Origin: Planctomycetota bacterium
Lineage (GTDB): Bacteria > Planctomycetota > Phycisphaerae > Phycisphaerales > SM1A02
Assembly (NCBI GenBank): GCA_022562915.1
Contig: JADFOJ010000001.1
Coordinates: 51,096-115,095 of the forward strand
Reading direction: 5' to 3'
DNA: 64,000 nt
This document shows positions 16,731-28,171 of this stretch, one piece after another (position 1 is the first letter of the stretch; each line of letters starts with the position of its first letter). The translations under genes were made by a program, and so were the position numbers. The notes beneath the pieces are model-generated. The model was given only the letters and a program-made list of their open reading frames with translations, was not told where the DNA came from and did not search any database.

Positions 16731-17660
16731 TCACTTCAGCAGCCCCCGCTTGCGCAAATAGTCCAGCAGCAGCACCGTCAGGTCCATGGACGTGTCGATC
16801 GTCAGGTGCATGATGTCCCGCCGGACGCAGAACTCCCGCAGCTTCCCGCAGTAGGCATCGAGGTTCTCCTTGTAACGCTTCAGAAGGGCCGCACTGATGG
16901 TCACCTCGGCGACGTCGTCGTCCTCGATGTCCGTCAACTTCAAGTCGCCTGCAAGACCGTGCTTCGCCGGATCGACCTCTTCGGGGCTGAGTATCTGCAG
17001 GCAATACGTGTCGTAACCGCCGCCGGCGAGATAACGGAGCCCCTTGTCGTACCCTTCCTTGAACATGAAGTCCGAGAGAATCACCATCACGCCCTTGCCC
17101 TGGCGGCCCAGTGCGATCTGGCGCATCGCCTCGTTGAAAGCGCCCGGGCCCCGCGGGGCCAGGTCCAGCAGCCACGAGCCCATCTCGCGGGTTCGCCGGC
17201 GGCCGCGCAGGTTCGACAGTCGCTGCACGCCCTCGGCGTCGAACGAGTAGAGGCTGACCCGGTTCTGGTTGGTGAGCCCGATGTACCCCAGGGCCATGGC
17301 AAGCTGCTGGGCGAAGATGAACTTGCCGGGGTTGCCCCAGTCCATCGACGCGCTGGCGTCGATGGCGATGATCAGCGACAGGTCTTCTTCCTCCAGGAAC
17401 AACTTCAGGAAGAGCTTGTCCAGCCGCGCGTAGATGTTCCAGTCCACGAACCGCAGGTCGTCACCGTGTACGTAGTGGCGGTAGTCGGCGAACTCCACCG
17501 AGGCCCCCCGCTTCTTGCTCCGCCGCTCACCCTGGAGCTTGCCGGCGAAGATCTTGCGGCTCAGGACGTCCACCTGGTCGAGCTTGGACATCAGCGTGCC
17601 GTCGATGAGCTCGTCGACACGCGTGGGCCGGGGCCGGGTCGTGACGCCGAAATCAGCCAT
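16731..17660 (-). CDS. DUF58 domain protein (MoxR-associated)
   Basis: Hallmark segment GASVEFADYRHYVHGDDLRFVDWNIYARLDKLFLKLFLEEED followed by a VWA-like IIAIDASASM. Confidence 0.85.
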   Translation of the reverse strand: MADFGVTTRPRPTRVDELIDGTLMSKLDQVDVLSRKIFAGKLQGERRSKKRGASVEFADYRHYVHGDDLRFVDWNIYARLDKLFLKLFLEEEDLSLIIAIDASASMDWGNPGKFIFAQQLAMALGYIGLTNQNRVSLYSFDAEGVQRLSNLRGRRRTREMGSWLLDLAPRGPGAFNEAMRQIALGRQGKGVMVILSDFMFKEGYDKGLRYLAGGGYDTYCLQILSPEEVDPAKHGLAGDLKLTDIEDDDVAEVTISAALLKRYKENLDAYCGKLREFCVRRDIMHLTIDTSMDLTVLLLDYLRKRGLLK

Positions 17661-17860
17661 CGTGGCATCCTATCAGCTTGGGTTTGCCGGGGGGTTGCGT
17701 TACACTCGCGGTCGGATAGTTCGTCGGTGGAGCCGGGGCGGGACTCTCCGCCACTCGCGGAGGGCGATGCCGTTGCGGCTGAAGATTCGCGGCAAGATGA
17801 TCGCGCTCATCGCGCTGCCGACGGCGGTGATCTACGTCGTGGTGCTGGGCCTTTGCCGCC

Positions 17861-18884
17861 GTGCTGCCGGAGCGCGAGGCGCTCGCCGGCGTTCGCTCGC
17901 GAATGACCCTGGCCGCCGTCGCCCTGGCTGCGACGCTCGTACTCATCATCGGGTGCATCTGGTTCGTGTCGGGACGGCTTGCGGCACCGATCATGCGGCT
18001 TCGTACCACGGTGCTGGAGATTGCCGGGGGCAACCTCAACACCCGCGTCGAGGGGATCACGAGCCATGACGAGATCGGTGAGCTCGCCGAGAGCTTCAAC
18101 ACGATGACCACCGACCTGCAGACGCACGTGGAGCACCTTGCCCACGAACGCGCCGGCCGCGAGAAGATCGAACGTGACCTCGATCCCGCCCGCGAGATCC
18201 AGCGCGGTCTGCTTCCCAGGACCGAGCCGAACGCGCCGGGCTTCGAGATCGCCGGATGGAACCAGGCCGCCGACAAGACCGGTGGCGACTACTTTGACTG
18301 GATGGAGCTCCACGACGGCCGGACGGTCCTGACGCTGGCCGACGTGACCGGCCACGGGATCGGCCCGGCGTTGATCGTCGCCGTGTGTCGGGCGTACATG
18401 AGAGCGTCCTCCTCGACGGGTCACGTCTCGTTGTCCGCGGCGATGGCCAGGGTCAACGACCTGCTCCACGAGGACATTCCGGAGGGCCGCTTCGTCACGG
18501 CAGCCGTCGGCGTGCTCGACCCGGCCAGGGCGCAGATGCAGTTGATCTCGGCCGGCCAGGCGCCGCTGCTCTTTTACGAGGCCGGCACGGACACCGTGCA
18601 CAACTGGGACGCGGACGACCTGCCCCTGGGAATCATGAGCGGGCTCACCTTCGATGACGTCCGGACGATCGACTTCGCCTCCGGCGATTGCCTCGTGCTC
18701 ACCACGGACGGCTTCTTCGAATGGCCGAATCCGGAGAACGAGCAGTTCGGGACGAAGCGCATGATGGCTTTCGTCAAGGAAAACCACCACCTGCCGGCGC
18801 ATGAGTTCATCACACGGCTCTACGAGGCCGTGCTCGAACACGCTTCGGGAACCGACCAGACCGACGATCTGACGGCGGTCGTCA

Positions 18885-18898
<14 letters not shown>
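17861..18898 (+). CDS. HAMP domain-containing PP2C/SpoIIE family protein phosphatase
   Basis: TM segment MTLAAVALAATLVLIIGCIWFVS. HAMP (RLAAPIMRLRTTVLEIAGGNLNTRVEGITSHDEIGELAESFNTM). PP2C motifs GGDYFDW, LADVTGHGIGPAL, LVLTTDGFFE and DDLTAVVIKK. GTG start at 17861; a possible N-terminal extension from ATG 17767 sits in another frame (see findings). Confidence 0.85.
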
Positions 18899-19950
<1,052 letters not shown>

Positions 19951-19958
<8 letters not shown>

Positions 19959-22953
19959 CGGGTTTGTCCGGGGGTTTGTCCGGGGGTGTGTCCTGGTCGG
20001 GCCGCTGCTGCGCCTGGTTGCGTGCCCGGCGCTTGGCGGCGAGCAGACGGGAGGTGTAGTCACCCTTGTCCTGGGGCGGTTCCGGCTCGACGGTCTCGCG
20101 CACCTGCTTCTGTGGCCGCCCGACCCCCGGGGCGCCGGCGGTTTCCTGCCGGACGTCGATCGCCTGCTGCCGGTCGGCCTCGGAGGCTTCGTAGCGGGCG
20201 GTCACCGACGTCTCGGACCGGTCCCGCCGCTGCGCGACGCGCTTCCATGCAGCCACCGTGTCCGTACCGACTTCCGGGCGGCGGCCGACGGTGCGTGCTG
20301 CCAGTGCGGCAATCGCTTTTCGATCGACGGCGATGCGCCGCGCCGCGACGTCCAGGACGAACATCGCCGCCGCGATGATCGCCAGCAGGTCCCACACTGC
20401 CCGGGGGCTCGTGGGCACCTCGAGGTCGCCGCGGTCGAAGAGGTCCAGCATCGCGGGATTGCTTCCGCTGAGCAATCGCCCGCCCGTACGTTGGCGCACC
20501 CGCTCCAACAGGGCCGCGTTGTGCTTGACGGACTTGAACTCCGGTGGGTAGGGGATGGAGACCGCGGCCTGGATGTTGCCCCGGATCGGGGTCTCGACGG
20601 TGCCGCCGACGAAGTTGATGTTCACCAGGTACGCGCCTTCCTTGGTCGCGCGAAACTCGCCGCGATAACGGCCCGGACCGGTCTGCTGCAGGACCAGCGG
20701 CTCGCTTTCGCTGTCGGGATCCAGAACTATCGCGGCCATCCGAAGGAAGTTGAGGTTGGAGGCATCGTTGCCGAGCGCCTCCAACTCGACCGTCGCCACG
20801 TCTCCTTCAAGCGAGGTGTTCACCATGATGTTCGCCGGGGCGCCCGGCCGCATCACCCACCGCAGCGACTGCTCCCAGAACGACCGGAACTCCGACCAGC
20901 TCGCCCAGCGGCTGCCCCATGTCCCGGTGAGGTCCGACATGTAGGCGATCGACTTGCCGAGGCCGTAGTTCCAGTAGGCGTAGATCGGGTCGTCGCCCTC
21001 GCTGGTGGGGCTGACGATCGGGACCTGGCTGAGGCCTTCGCGCGGGGCGGTGAGCACGTAGCCGTCGATGCTCGGCACCGACGCGAATCCTTCGATCGGC
21101 CCCGGCAGCCGGCTGACGACCTGCGGGAAGAACTCCTGCCCCTCGACGATCAGCGAGCGCGAGACGAGCTTGGCCTCCTTGATGAAGATCTTCGGCAACT
21201 GCTTGGGGTTCTTGATCGGGCCGTAGAAGGTGCCGCCGGTGTACCTGGCGATCCGTTTCATCGTCGCCCGGTCCGCCGCCGAGCCGTGGCCGGCGATGAG
21301 CACCGTGGTGATCGAGATTCGCGCCGCGACGAAGTCGTCGAGAAGTTTCTGCGGTGGCGCCGCCGGATCGCCGTCGGAGATGATGATCACGTGCTTCTGC
21401 CCGGCCGGCAGCGGCGCCAACCCGCCGATCGCGACCGCCATCGACGCCGCGAAGTCGGGCATGTCCCCCATGACCATCTTCTTGGCGGCCGCGATCGGGG
21501 CGGACTTGTCGCCGGCGAGTGCCGGCCCGAACTCCCACACCGCCCCGCCGAAGCGGAAGTCGTAGTCGATGATGCCCACGTAGTCGAGACGGCTGAGCGT
21601 CTCGATCGCGGCGATGGCGACCTTCTGCCCCCAGAAGTTGCCCTGGGGCATCTCCGTGGAGTGCATGATCAGCGCCAGCGCCCCGCGCGGCATCTGCCGG
21701 GTCATCGGCGGGTCGAGCCTGACCGGCAGCACGCGGGCCACGTCGGAGTCGATCCATCCGCCGGCCCCGAAGGACTGCGTGCCGCCGAGCATCACCAGCC
21801 CGCCGCCGAGGTCGTGGACGTAGGCGTGGACACCCTTGTCCTCCTCGTCGGTGAGCGCCCAGCGCGGGATGTTGGCCAGCACCACGGCGTCGTACCCGCT
21901 CAGGAACACCGGCCCGCGCGCCAGCGCCGCCGGTTCCATCACCTCGACGGCCATGTTGCTTTCCTGCAGCGCCGCCACGAGGTACCTGGAGTCGGCGGCA
22001 TCGTCGATCACGAGGATCTTGCCCTCGGAACCGACGAACGTCACCGCGACGGCCCGGTTGTTGCGCGAGATCCCGTCCGCGGCGGCGTCGAGCGGCTCGA
22101 AGACCGCCTCGAACTGCACCGGTCCGGCGACGTCGAGACTGATCGTCAACGGCAGGACGGTCAGCCCCGGCGGCAGGTCCACGCGCATGGCGTGGCCCTC
22201 GGCGGCGCCGTTGAGATCGAGGAACTCGTCGTTCATTTTCAGCAGGACGTAGCCCGACGCCCGGCCCTGGCTGCGAAGAACCATCTTGATGCGGGCGGAC
22301 TGCCCCAGCCTCGCTCGCGAGGGCGCGGTGATCCGTTCGAAGATGACCTCGTTGGCGTGCTCGTATTCGAGGACCAGGATGTCCACCGGAACGTTGTTGG
22401 CCGCGGCCAGCTCGGCGGCCGCCATCACACTCCCCTCCGTCTCGTTGCCGTCGGAGACGAGCACGATCCGGTTGGCGGTGTCCTGGGGCATGATCGCCAG
22501 GGCCATGTTCAGCCCCGCCTCCAGGTTCGTCGCCGCGAGGTCCGGCGGCTCCTGGATCTCGCCGATCCTCGTGTAGCGGTCGGGCATCGCCTCGATCTTC
22601 GCGCCGCGCGCGACGGTGATCAGCGCGAGCCGATCGCGCGGGTCGGCGCGGTCCTCGGTCGCGTCGCGAAGGTACTGCAGCGAGAGGTCCTTCATCGCCA
22701 GCGGGATCGACTGGCTGCGATCGAGCACCACCGTCACCGTGAGGCCCTCGCCGCGTTTCTCCCAGACCGGCCGCGCCAGCGCGATCGTCAGCATGAGCAT
22801 GACCACGCATCGGATCGCGAACGTCGCCCAGGCTTTCAACAGTGTCACTCCGCCGATACTCCGACGGGACAAAAGGAACACGGGTATCACCAGTACCAGT
22901 AACACCAGCCAACCCGGGCGGTCGAAATGGAACGGCAGGTTGCCGAGCATCAC
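19951..22953 (-). CDS. Large Bat-like membrane protein with two VWA domains
   Basis: N-terminal BatA-type TM domain (FDRPGWLVLLVLVIPVFLLSRR), first VWA (VTVVLDRSQSIP), second VWA-like segment (HVIIISDGDPAAPP), C-terminal TM segment (VWDLLAIIAAAMFVLDV). Start is GTG 22953 or ATG 22950. Confidence 0.85.
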
Positions 22954-23915
22954 AATCCGCGAATCACGTGCACACGGTTATTGCCGGAGTCGAGCACGAA
23001 GATCGTCTCTCCTGCGCCGTCAATGCCCCACGGATACTGAAGCTCGCCGCGGCCGCTGCCGGCCCGGCCGTACACACCGAGGCACCTGCCATCGGCCGAG
23101 AACCGCTGGATGCGGTTGTTGCCGAACTCACACACCAATAGCGTCCCGTCATCCAGCACGCAGACATCATACGGGTAGGCCAGTTCGCCCGGCCCGCGAC
23201 CGGCGGTTCCGATCACCCTCAACGGGTTTCCCCGCGGATCAACCACCACGATCCGGTGATTGCACGCATCGGCGATGAACAGCTCGCTCCGATCGGCGCT
23301 GAAGGCCATCGATTGGGGCCGGCTGTATTGTCCCACCTCGGCACCGGGCTCGCCGAAGCTGAACAAGTGCTCACCGTCGCCGGTAAACACGCTGATGCGC
23401 TCATTGCCCCCGTACTCCGAGACGTAGACGTTCCCGCCGGGCCCGAAGGCGACGTCGGTCGGATAGATGAACTCGCCCGGCCCGCTGCCGTAGCGACCGA
23501 AGCGCATGAGCTCCCGACCGTCGGCGTCGTAGGCGATCACGCGGTGTTCGTGCGTGTCCGCCACGAAGACGCGGCCGTCCGGCGACACGCCGAGGCCGGT
23601 CGGCTTGCCCTTGTCCCAGCTGGGCATCCGCCACTGCACCTGCGGCTCGCCGTCGAAGCTCCACCGCTGCACGCGGGCACTCTTGTCGACGACGAACAGC
23701 ACCCGCCGGACCGGATCGACGGCGATGCCGCGCGGATACTGAAACTGCCCCAGTGACCGCCCCGGCGACCCGAACGTGAACCGGGTTTCCAACGGCGCCG
23801 GCTCGGCGTCACCGCCGCCGGCCCCGCAGCCGGCGATCACAACGAGCAGCGACGCGGCCGGCACGATGCGGGCGACGCAGGCGGGAACCGGGATGGCGTG
23901 ACTGGTGCGGAACAC
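22950..23915 (-). CDS. NHL-repeat (six-bladed beta-propeller) lipoprotein
   Basis: GTG at 23915 gives MFRTSHAIPVPACVARIVPAASLLVVIAGCG (lipobox). Six repeats of the type G.GPGEF.YP.DVA / G.G.GELQYPWGI. The stop overlaps the next start (TGATG). Confidence 0.8.
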   Translation of the reverse strand: MFRTSHAIPVPACVARIVPAASLLVVIAGCGAGGGDAEPAPLETRFTFGSPGRSLGQFQYPRGIAVDPVRRVLFVVDKSARVQRWSFDGEPQVQWRMPSWDKGKPTGLGVSPDGRVFVADTHEHRVIAYDADGRELMRFGRYGSGPGEFIYPTDVAFGPGGNVYVSEYGGNERISVFTGDGEHLFSFGEPGAEVGQYSRPQSMAFSADRSELFIADACNHRIVVVDPRGNPLRVIGTAGRGPGELAYPYDVCVLDDGTLLVCEFGNNRIQRFSADGRCLGVYGRAGSGRGELQYPWGIDGAGETIFVLDSGNNRVHVIRGL

Positions 23916-23947
23916 GGTGTCAAGACCCGGAGGGTTGTCGGCGACCG

Positions 23948-24175
23948 CTACTCGCCGGACGAGAGCATCGCCCGGATCGCGAGTGCAAGCTCCTCGCTGC
24001 GACGGGATGGGAAGCGCAGACGGTTGGGCGGACCGTTTGCAAGGAGCACCGCGACATCGATGTCGCTGAGTTCCGAAGCGGTGCCCCGGGCCACGGAGCC
24101 GAACAGCCAGGCGACGGCGATCTCGCTGTGATGAGCAAGGGCGGCGCCGATATCCTGACACGCGTCCGCTCGCAT
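23948..24175 (-). CDS. Truncated MNT-type nucleotidyltransferase domain protein (75 aa)
   Basis: LFGSVARGTASELSDIDVAVL is the minimal-NTase GS...D.D motif. The ORF stops about 40 residues short of a normal MNT domain. Confidence 0.5.
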   Translation of the reverse strand: MRADACQDIGAALAHHSEIAVAWLFGSVARGTASELSDIDVAVLLANGPPNRLRFPSRRSEELALAIRAMLSSGE

Positions 24176-24228
24176 GTCGCCATGATAGCAGGGGAATAAA
24201 GGGCGGAAGAAATCCGCCCCCTTTGTTC

Positions 24229-24474
24229 CTACGCAGCGAGGTTCTCGTCGCGATCGGGCTCGGGCGCCGCCGGTTCGTGCAGGGGAGCGGGTTCCGGTTG
24301 CGCCGGCGGTTCGGTAAGCCCGTGCAACGGGGTTCCGGTCAGGAACGGACGAACCGCGCCGAACGGCGGGGTGCACGTCGATGCCTGTGCGGGTTTTCCC
24401 TTGCGTCTCTTTTTCCGGGCCCTGGCCTCGAAGGGGATGCCGGGAAGGAGACGGGCCTTGGGCAGGTCGCTCAT
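24229..24474 (-). CDS. Small basic/proline-rich hypothetical protein (81 aa)
   Basis: ATG overlaps the upstream stop as ATGA (24471-24474). Moderately high GC3. No family recognised. Confidence 0.4.
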   Translation of the reverse strand: MSDLPKARLLPGIPFEARARKKRRKGKPAQASTCTPPFGAVRPFLTGTPLHGLTEPPAQPEPAPLHEPAAPEPDRDENLAA

Positions 24475-24926
24475 GGCCGGTGACCATCACTGGGGACCGC
24501 CACCAGCCGGCGCTCCAGCAGTGTCTCGCCGTCGCACTCCAGCACGAGCCGGTACTCGCCGGGGCGCTCGAAGACGACGTCCTGGAAGAGGAACTCGCCC
24601 TCGGCCACCGCCAGCGGATCGCGGGAGTCCACGTTCGCCTGGGCGGAGCTGACGTCCCTGGGATCCGACCCGTCCTCGCTCAGGAGCACCAGCCGGAGGT
24701 TGATCGGCACGGCGCTGCTGATCCGGGTGAGCGCGACGTACGCACTGAACCTGGACAGGACGCACGGGAACTCCGGCGCCGTCAGCGCCGTGAACCCACC
24801 CTGGATGAACGTCTTGCCCGTGGACGGGTCTCTCCAGACCGAGTCGCAGAGCATCATCGTGAGCGCCTGCGGCGGCGGTGTCCGGCCGTTGTTGAGCGGT
24901 GTGTCGGGCATGTCCGGCATGGTCAT
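24471..24926 (-). CDS. Hypothetical protein (151 aa)
   Basis: Very high GC3 across the whole ORF. Globular-looking sequence (MMLCDSVWRDPSTGKTFIQGGFTALTAPEFPCVLSRFSAYVAL...). No family assigned with confidence. Confidence 0.7.
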   Translation of the reverse strand: MTMPDMPDTPLNNGRTPPPQALTMMLCDSVWRDPSTGKTFIQGGFTALTAPEFPCVLSRFSAYVALTRISSAVPINLRLVLLSEDGSDPRDVSSAQANVDSRDPLAVAEGEFLFQDVVFERPGEYRLVLECDGETLLERRLVAVPSDGHRP

Positions 24927-25163
24927 GAACCGTCATCGGCGGCGTCCAGGGGCGACTCAAGCCAAAAAGGCGACACCGGCGGCCGCCGGGGCACGATCCA
25001 GGTACACTGGCCACCGCGGCCGGGCGGGCGTTTCGAGCACACACCTTGCCCGTCGAGAATCCGGCAGGTCCCGGCCGTCACGTCTTTCGGACCTGCCGCG
25101 AAGCGCTGCCCGCCAACAGGGTAATGGCGGCGGGCGCGGCGCCAATCGAAAGGAGGTGCGGTC

Positions 25164-27608
25164 GTGAAGACCCACCCGGGAATCGGTATCGTACTGTGCG
25201 CGATCTGTCCGGCGATCTCGAGCGAGGTCGTCCACGGTCAATCGTGCGAACCTGCCTGGTCCGATCAGTTCTCGTCGGGTGAACTCGACTTCTGGGTCTG
25301 GAGCCTTGCCGTCTTCGATGACGGCAGCGGTCCGGCGCTCTACGCCGGAGGCCTCTTCGAAACGGCGAGCGGCGTGACCGTCAATAGCGTCGCGAAGCTC
25401 GACGGCAACTCGTGGTCCGCCCTCGGCACCGGTCTGGACGACGCTACCTTCGCACTGCGAGAGTTCGATGACGGATCCGGCGCTTCGCTCTACGCCGGCG
25501 GCCAGTTCCAGTTTGCAGGTGAGGTCGAGGCGGCCGGCATCGCCCGGTGGGACGGCCGGAGCTGGTCGTCCGTCGGTGGCGGCCTGCACCGCGAGACTGC
25601 CGCGTGGGCGTGGTCGTTGGCCGAATTCGACGACGGCACCGGCCCGGCCCTCTATGTCGGCGGCTTCTTTACCGAGGCCGGATCCATCTCCGCATTGAAC
25701 ATTGCGCGGTGGGACGGGACTGAATGGTCCGGGCTCGGCGACGGCCTTGACTCCTCAGTGCGGGCGCTTGCGGTCTTCGATGATGGAACCGGTCCCGCGC
25801 TCTATGCCGTCGGGCTCTTTACGGCGAGCGGAGGCTCGGCACTTTCGCACATTGCCCGCTGGGACGGTACGTCGTGGTCTGCCGTCGGCGGCGGGCTCAA
25901 TGGCGCGGCCCGCGCGCTAGCCGTCTTTGACGACGGCAATGGCCCGGCCCTGTATGCCGCGGGTAATTTCACCATGGCCGGCGGCGTTGCCGCCGAACAC
26001 CTCGCCAGGTGGGACGGGCAGAGCTGGTCTTCCGTCGGCGGCGGACTCGATGATTCGGTCTACGCGCTGACCGTTTTTGACGACGGCGCCGGCCCCGGAC
26101 TCTACGCGGCAGGTTACTTTCTGGAAGCAGGCGGGCTCACCGTCAACCGGATCGCCAGGTGGGACGGCGTCTCCTGGTCGGCACTCGGCACGGGGACCAG
26201 TGGAGGCGTGTTGGCCCTTGGTGTACTCGACCTGGGGGCCGACCACGAACCGATTCTCTACGCCAGCGGCTTCTTCGGGCTCGTGGGAGGCATTTTGGCG
26301 GCGCACGTCGCGGGCTGGAACGGCTCGAGCTGGTTCATCCCCGGTAACGGCGCCGACGACGTGGTCTGGGCGCTGGCCGTCTCCGACGAGCCGGCCGATG
26401 CAGGGGCCGGCCTCTTCGCAGGAGGCACCTTCGACGCCATCGGTTCAATTGCGGCAAACTCGATCGCCCGCTTCAACGGCAGCGAGTGGTCAACGGTGGG
26501 AGGCGGCGTAGACGGTTACGTGTTCGCCCTGGCATTCTTCGACGACGGCAACGGCCCGGTGCTGTACGCCGGCGGGGGCTTTACAAGCGCCGGCGGCGTT
26601 GAGGCCAGTAACATCGCCCGCTGGGACGGCGTGTCCTGGTCGGCACTGGGAACCGGGATCGTCGGCGACTACGTCTGGGCGCTTCAGGTGTTCGATGACG
26701 GAACCGGCAACGGCCCCGCCCTCTTCGTCGGCGGCGAGTTTGTGAACGCCGGTGGCCGGAGTGCCGGGAACATCGCCAGGTGGGACGGAACGAACTGGAC
26801 GCCGATTGCATCCTTGGGCCACGACGAGGTCAGAGACCTTGCCGTCTTCGACGACGGCAGCGGCCCGGCGCTCTACGCCGGCGGCAGCTTCTTTGGCACA
26901 TACGCCCCCACCCACAGTGTGGCGCGGTGGGATGGCACGACATGGTTACCGCTGCCGGGTGACGCTGCCGGCGGTGTCCTGAGGCTGGAGGTCTTCGACG
27001 ACGGGCTCGGCGGCGGCCCCGCGTTGTATGTCGGCGGTAGTTTCTGCGTCCAGAGCGGGCCCGATGAAAGTGCGTGCGGTCTTGCCCGCTGGGACGGGAT
27101 GACGTGGTCCGACGTCGGTCTCGCGGCAATCGTGTACGGGATGAGCGTCTACGACGACGGCACCGGTCGCGGGCCGGCACTGTTTGTCAGCGGCATGTTC
27201 GACTCGGCGGGCGGGACGCCGGCCCGTAACATCGCGTCCTGGGACGGTGCCCAATGGTCCCCGCTTGGCGAAGGCCTCGGCGACGACGGCACGGACATTG
27301 AAGTCGCTGTTGCCATGGAGGTCTTCGACGACGGGCTCGGGCAAGGCCCGGCACTCTGGCTCGGCGGCCAGTTTGCCACGGCCGGCGGGCTCAGCTCGCA
27401 GAACCTCGCCCGGTGGGGCGGCTGCGCGGCGTTTGTTCTCGGCGACCTCAACGGCGACGGGCTGGTCGGCCTCGATGACTTCCTGGTGCTGCTGGGTGCA
27501 TGGGGCCCCTGTCCGGCACCGTGCTCGCCGTCCTGCGTCGGCGACCTCGACGGCGACTGCGTTGTCGGCATCACCGATTTCCTGCTGCTGCTGGCCAACT
27601 GGAGTTGA
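25164..27608 (+). CDS. Secreted protein with 14 tandem ~50-55-aa repeats (propeller-like) and a C-terminal dockerin-like module
   Basis: Signal peptide MKTHPGIGIVLCAICPAISSEVVHG. Fourteen repeats with core (I/V)ARWDG..WS.LG.G.......AL.VFDDG.GPALYAGG.F..AGG. Tail GDLNGDGLVGLDDFLVLLGAWG...GDLDGDCVVGITDFLLLLANWS. Confidence 0.85.
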   Translation: MKTHPGIGIVLCAICPAISSEVVHGQSCEPAWSDQFSSGELDFWVWSLAVFDDGSGPALYAGGLFETASGVTVNSVAKLDGNSWSALGTGLDDATFALREFDDGSGASLYAGGQFQFAGEVEAAGIARWDGRSWSSVGGGLHRETAAWAWSLAEFDDGTGPALYVGGFFTEAGSISALNIARWDGTEWSGLGDGLDSSVRALAVFDDGTGPALYAVGLFTASGGSALSHIARWDGTSWSAVGGGLNGAARALAVFDDGNGPALYAAGNFTMAGGVAAEHLARWDGQSWSSVGGGLDDSVYALTVFDDGAGPGLYAAGYFLEAGGLTVNRIARWDGVSWSALGTGTSGGVLALGVLDLGADHEPILYASGFFGLVGGILAAHVAGWNGSSWFIPGNGADDVVWALAVSDEPADAGAGLFAGGTFDAIGSIAANSIARFNGSEWSTVGGGVDGYVFALAFFDDGNGPVLYAGGGFTSAGGVEASNIARWDGVSWSALGTGIVGDYVWALQVFDDGTGNGPALFVGGEFVNAGGRSAGNIARWDGTNWTPIASLGHDEVRDLAVFDDGSGPALYAGGSFFGTYAPTHSVARWDGTTWLPLPGDAAGGVLRLEVFDDGLGGGPALYVGGSFCVQSGPDESACGLARWDGMTWSDVGLAAIVYGMSVYDDGTGRGPALFVSGMFDSAGGTPARNIASWDGAQWSPLGEGLGDDGTDIEVAVAMEVFDDGLGQGPALWLGGQFATAGGLSSQNLARWGGCAAFVLGDLNGDGLVGLDDFLVLLGAWGPCPAPCSPSCVGDLDGDCVVGITDFLLLLANWS

Positions 27609-27667
27609 CTCGAAAGACACTCGTCCGATCCTGACACCGCGCGCGGAGGGCCGGTATTCTCTCGCCA

Positions 27668-28171
27668 ATGGCCGAGGGACTCTTCTACCATCAGGCGCTG
27701 CGTGCCCTCACCGCGAAGAAGGTTCGGTTCGTGGTCGTCGGCGGTGTGGCGGTGAACCTCCAGGGCGTACCGCGGTTCACGGCCGATCTGGATGTAGCGA
27801 TCCCGATCGACGGCGACACCCTCCAGGCGGCTGCGCAAGCCCTTCTGGGCATCGGACTTGTTTCGCGCATCCCGATCCAGGTGGAACAACTCGCGGACAT
27901 CGCCACTGTCCAGGCATGGATCGACGATCGCAATCTCCGCGCGCTGACGTACCAGGACCGTGATAATCCCCTGCGGCAGGTCGATCTGCTCCTGGCGACG
28001 ACGGTCCCCTACGACGAGATCGAGCGCGACGCTGAAACCATGCAGGCAGGGGATCTCGAGATCCGGGTGGCCTCCGTCGGCGTACTGATCAGAATGAAGA
28101 CGGGAACGGGCCGTGCCCAGGACGCCTCGGACGTCGACGCCCTTCGGCGCGTGCAGGAGCTGGACCTATGA
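27668..28171 (+). CDS. Small nucleotidyltransferase-fold protein (167 aa)
   Basis: FVVVGGVAVNLQGVPRFTADLDVAI resembles the G-x-A...R.T.DLD signature of minimal NTase/AbiEii-like proteins. The assignment is by motif only. Confidence 0.55.
   Translation: MAEGLFYHQALRALTAKKVRFVVVGGVAVNLQGVPRFTADLDVAIPIDGDTLQAAAQALLGIGLVSRIPIQVEQLADIATVQAWIDDRNLRALTYQDRDNPLRQVDLLLATTVPYDEIERDAETMQAGDLEIRVASVGVLIRMKTGTGRAQDASDVDALRRVQELDL

Noticed and set aside
17848-17852. Programmed +1 ribosomal frameshift (RF2-like CUU-U site) in the PP2C gene.
   Set aside because: There is no in-frame stop or rare codon at the A site and no convincing upstream SD-like stimulator. An indel (mutation or sequencing error) is the simpler explanation.
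23916-23947. A perfect TTGACA hexamer (minus strand) just upstream of the NHL gene as its -35 promoter element.
   Set aside because: It lies only about 5 nt from the GTG start codon, too close to serve as a -35 box for this gene.
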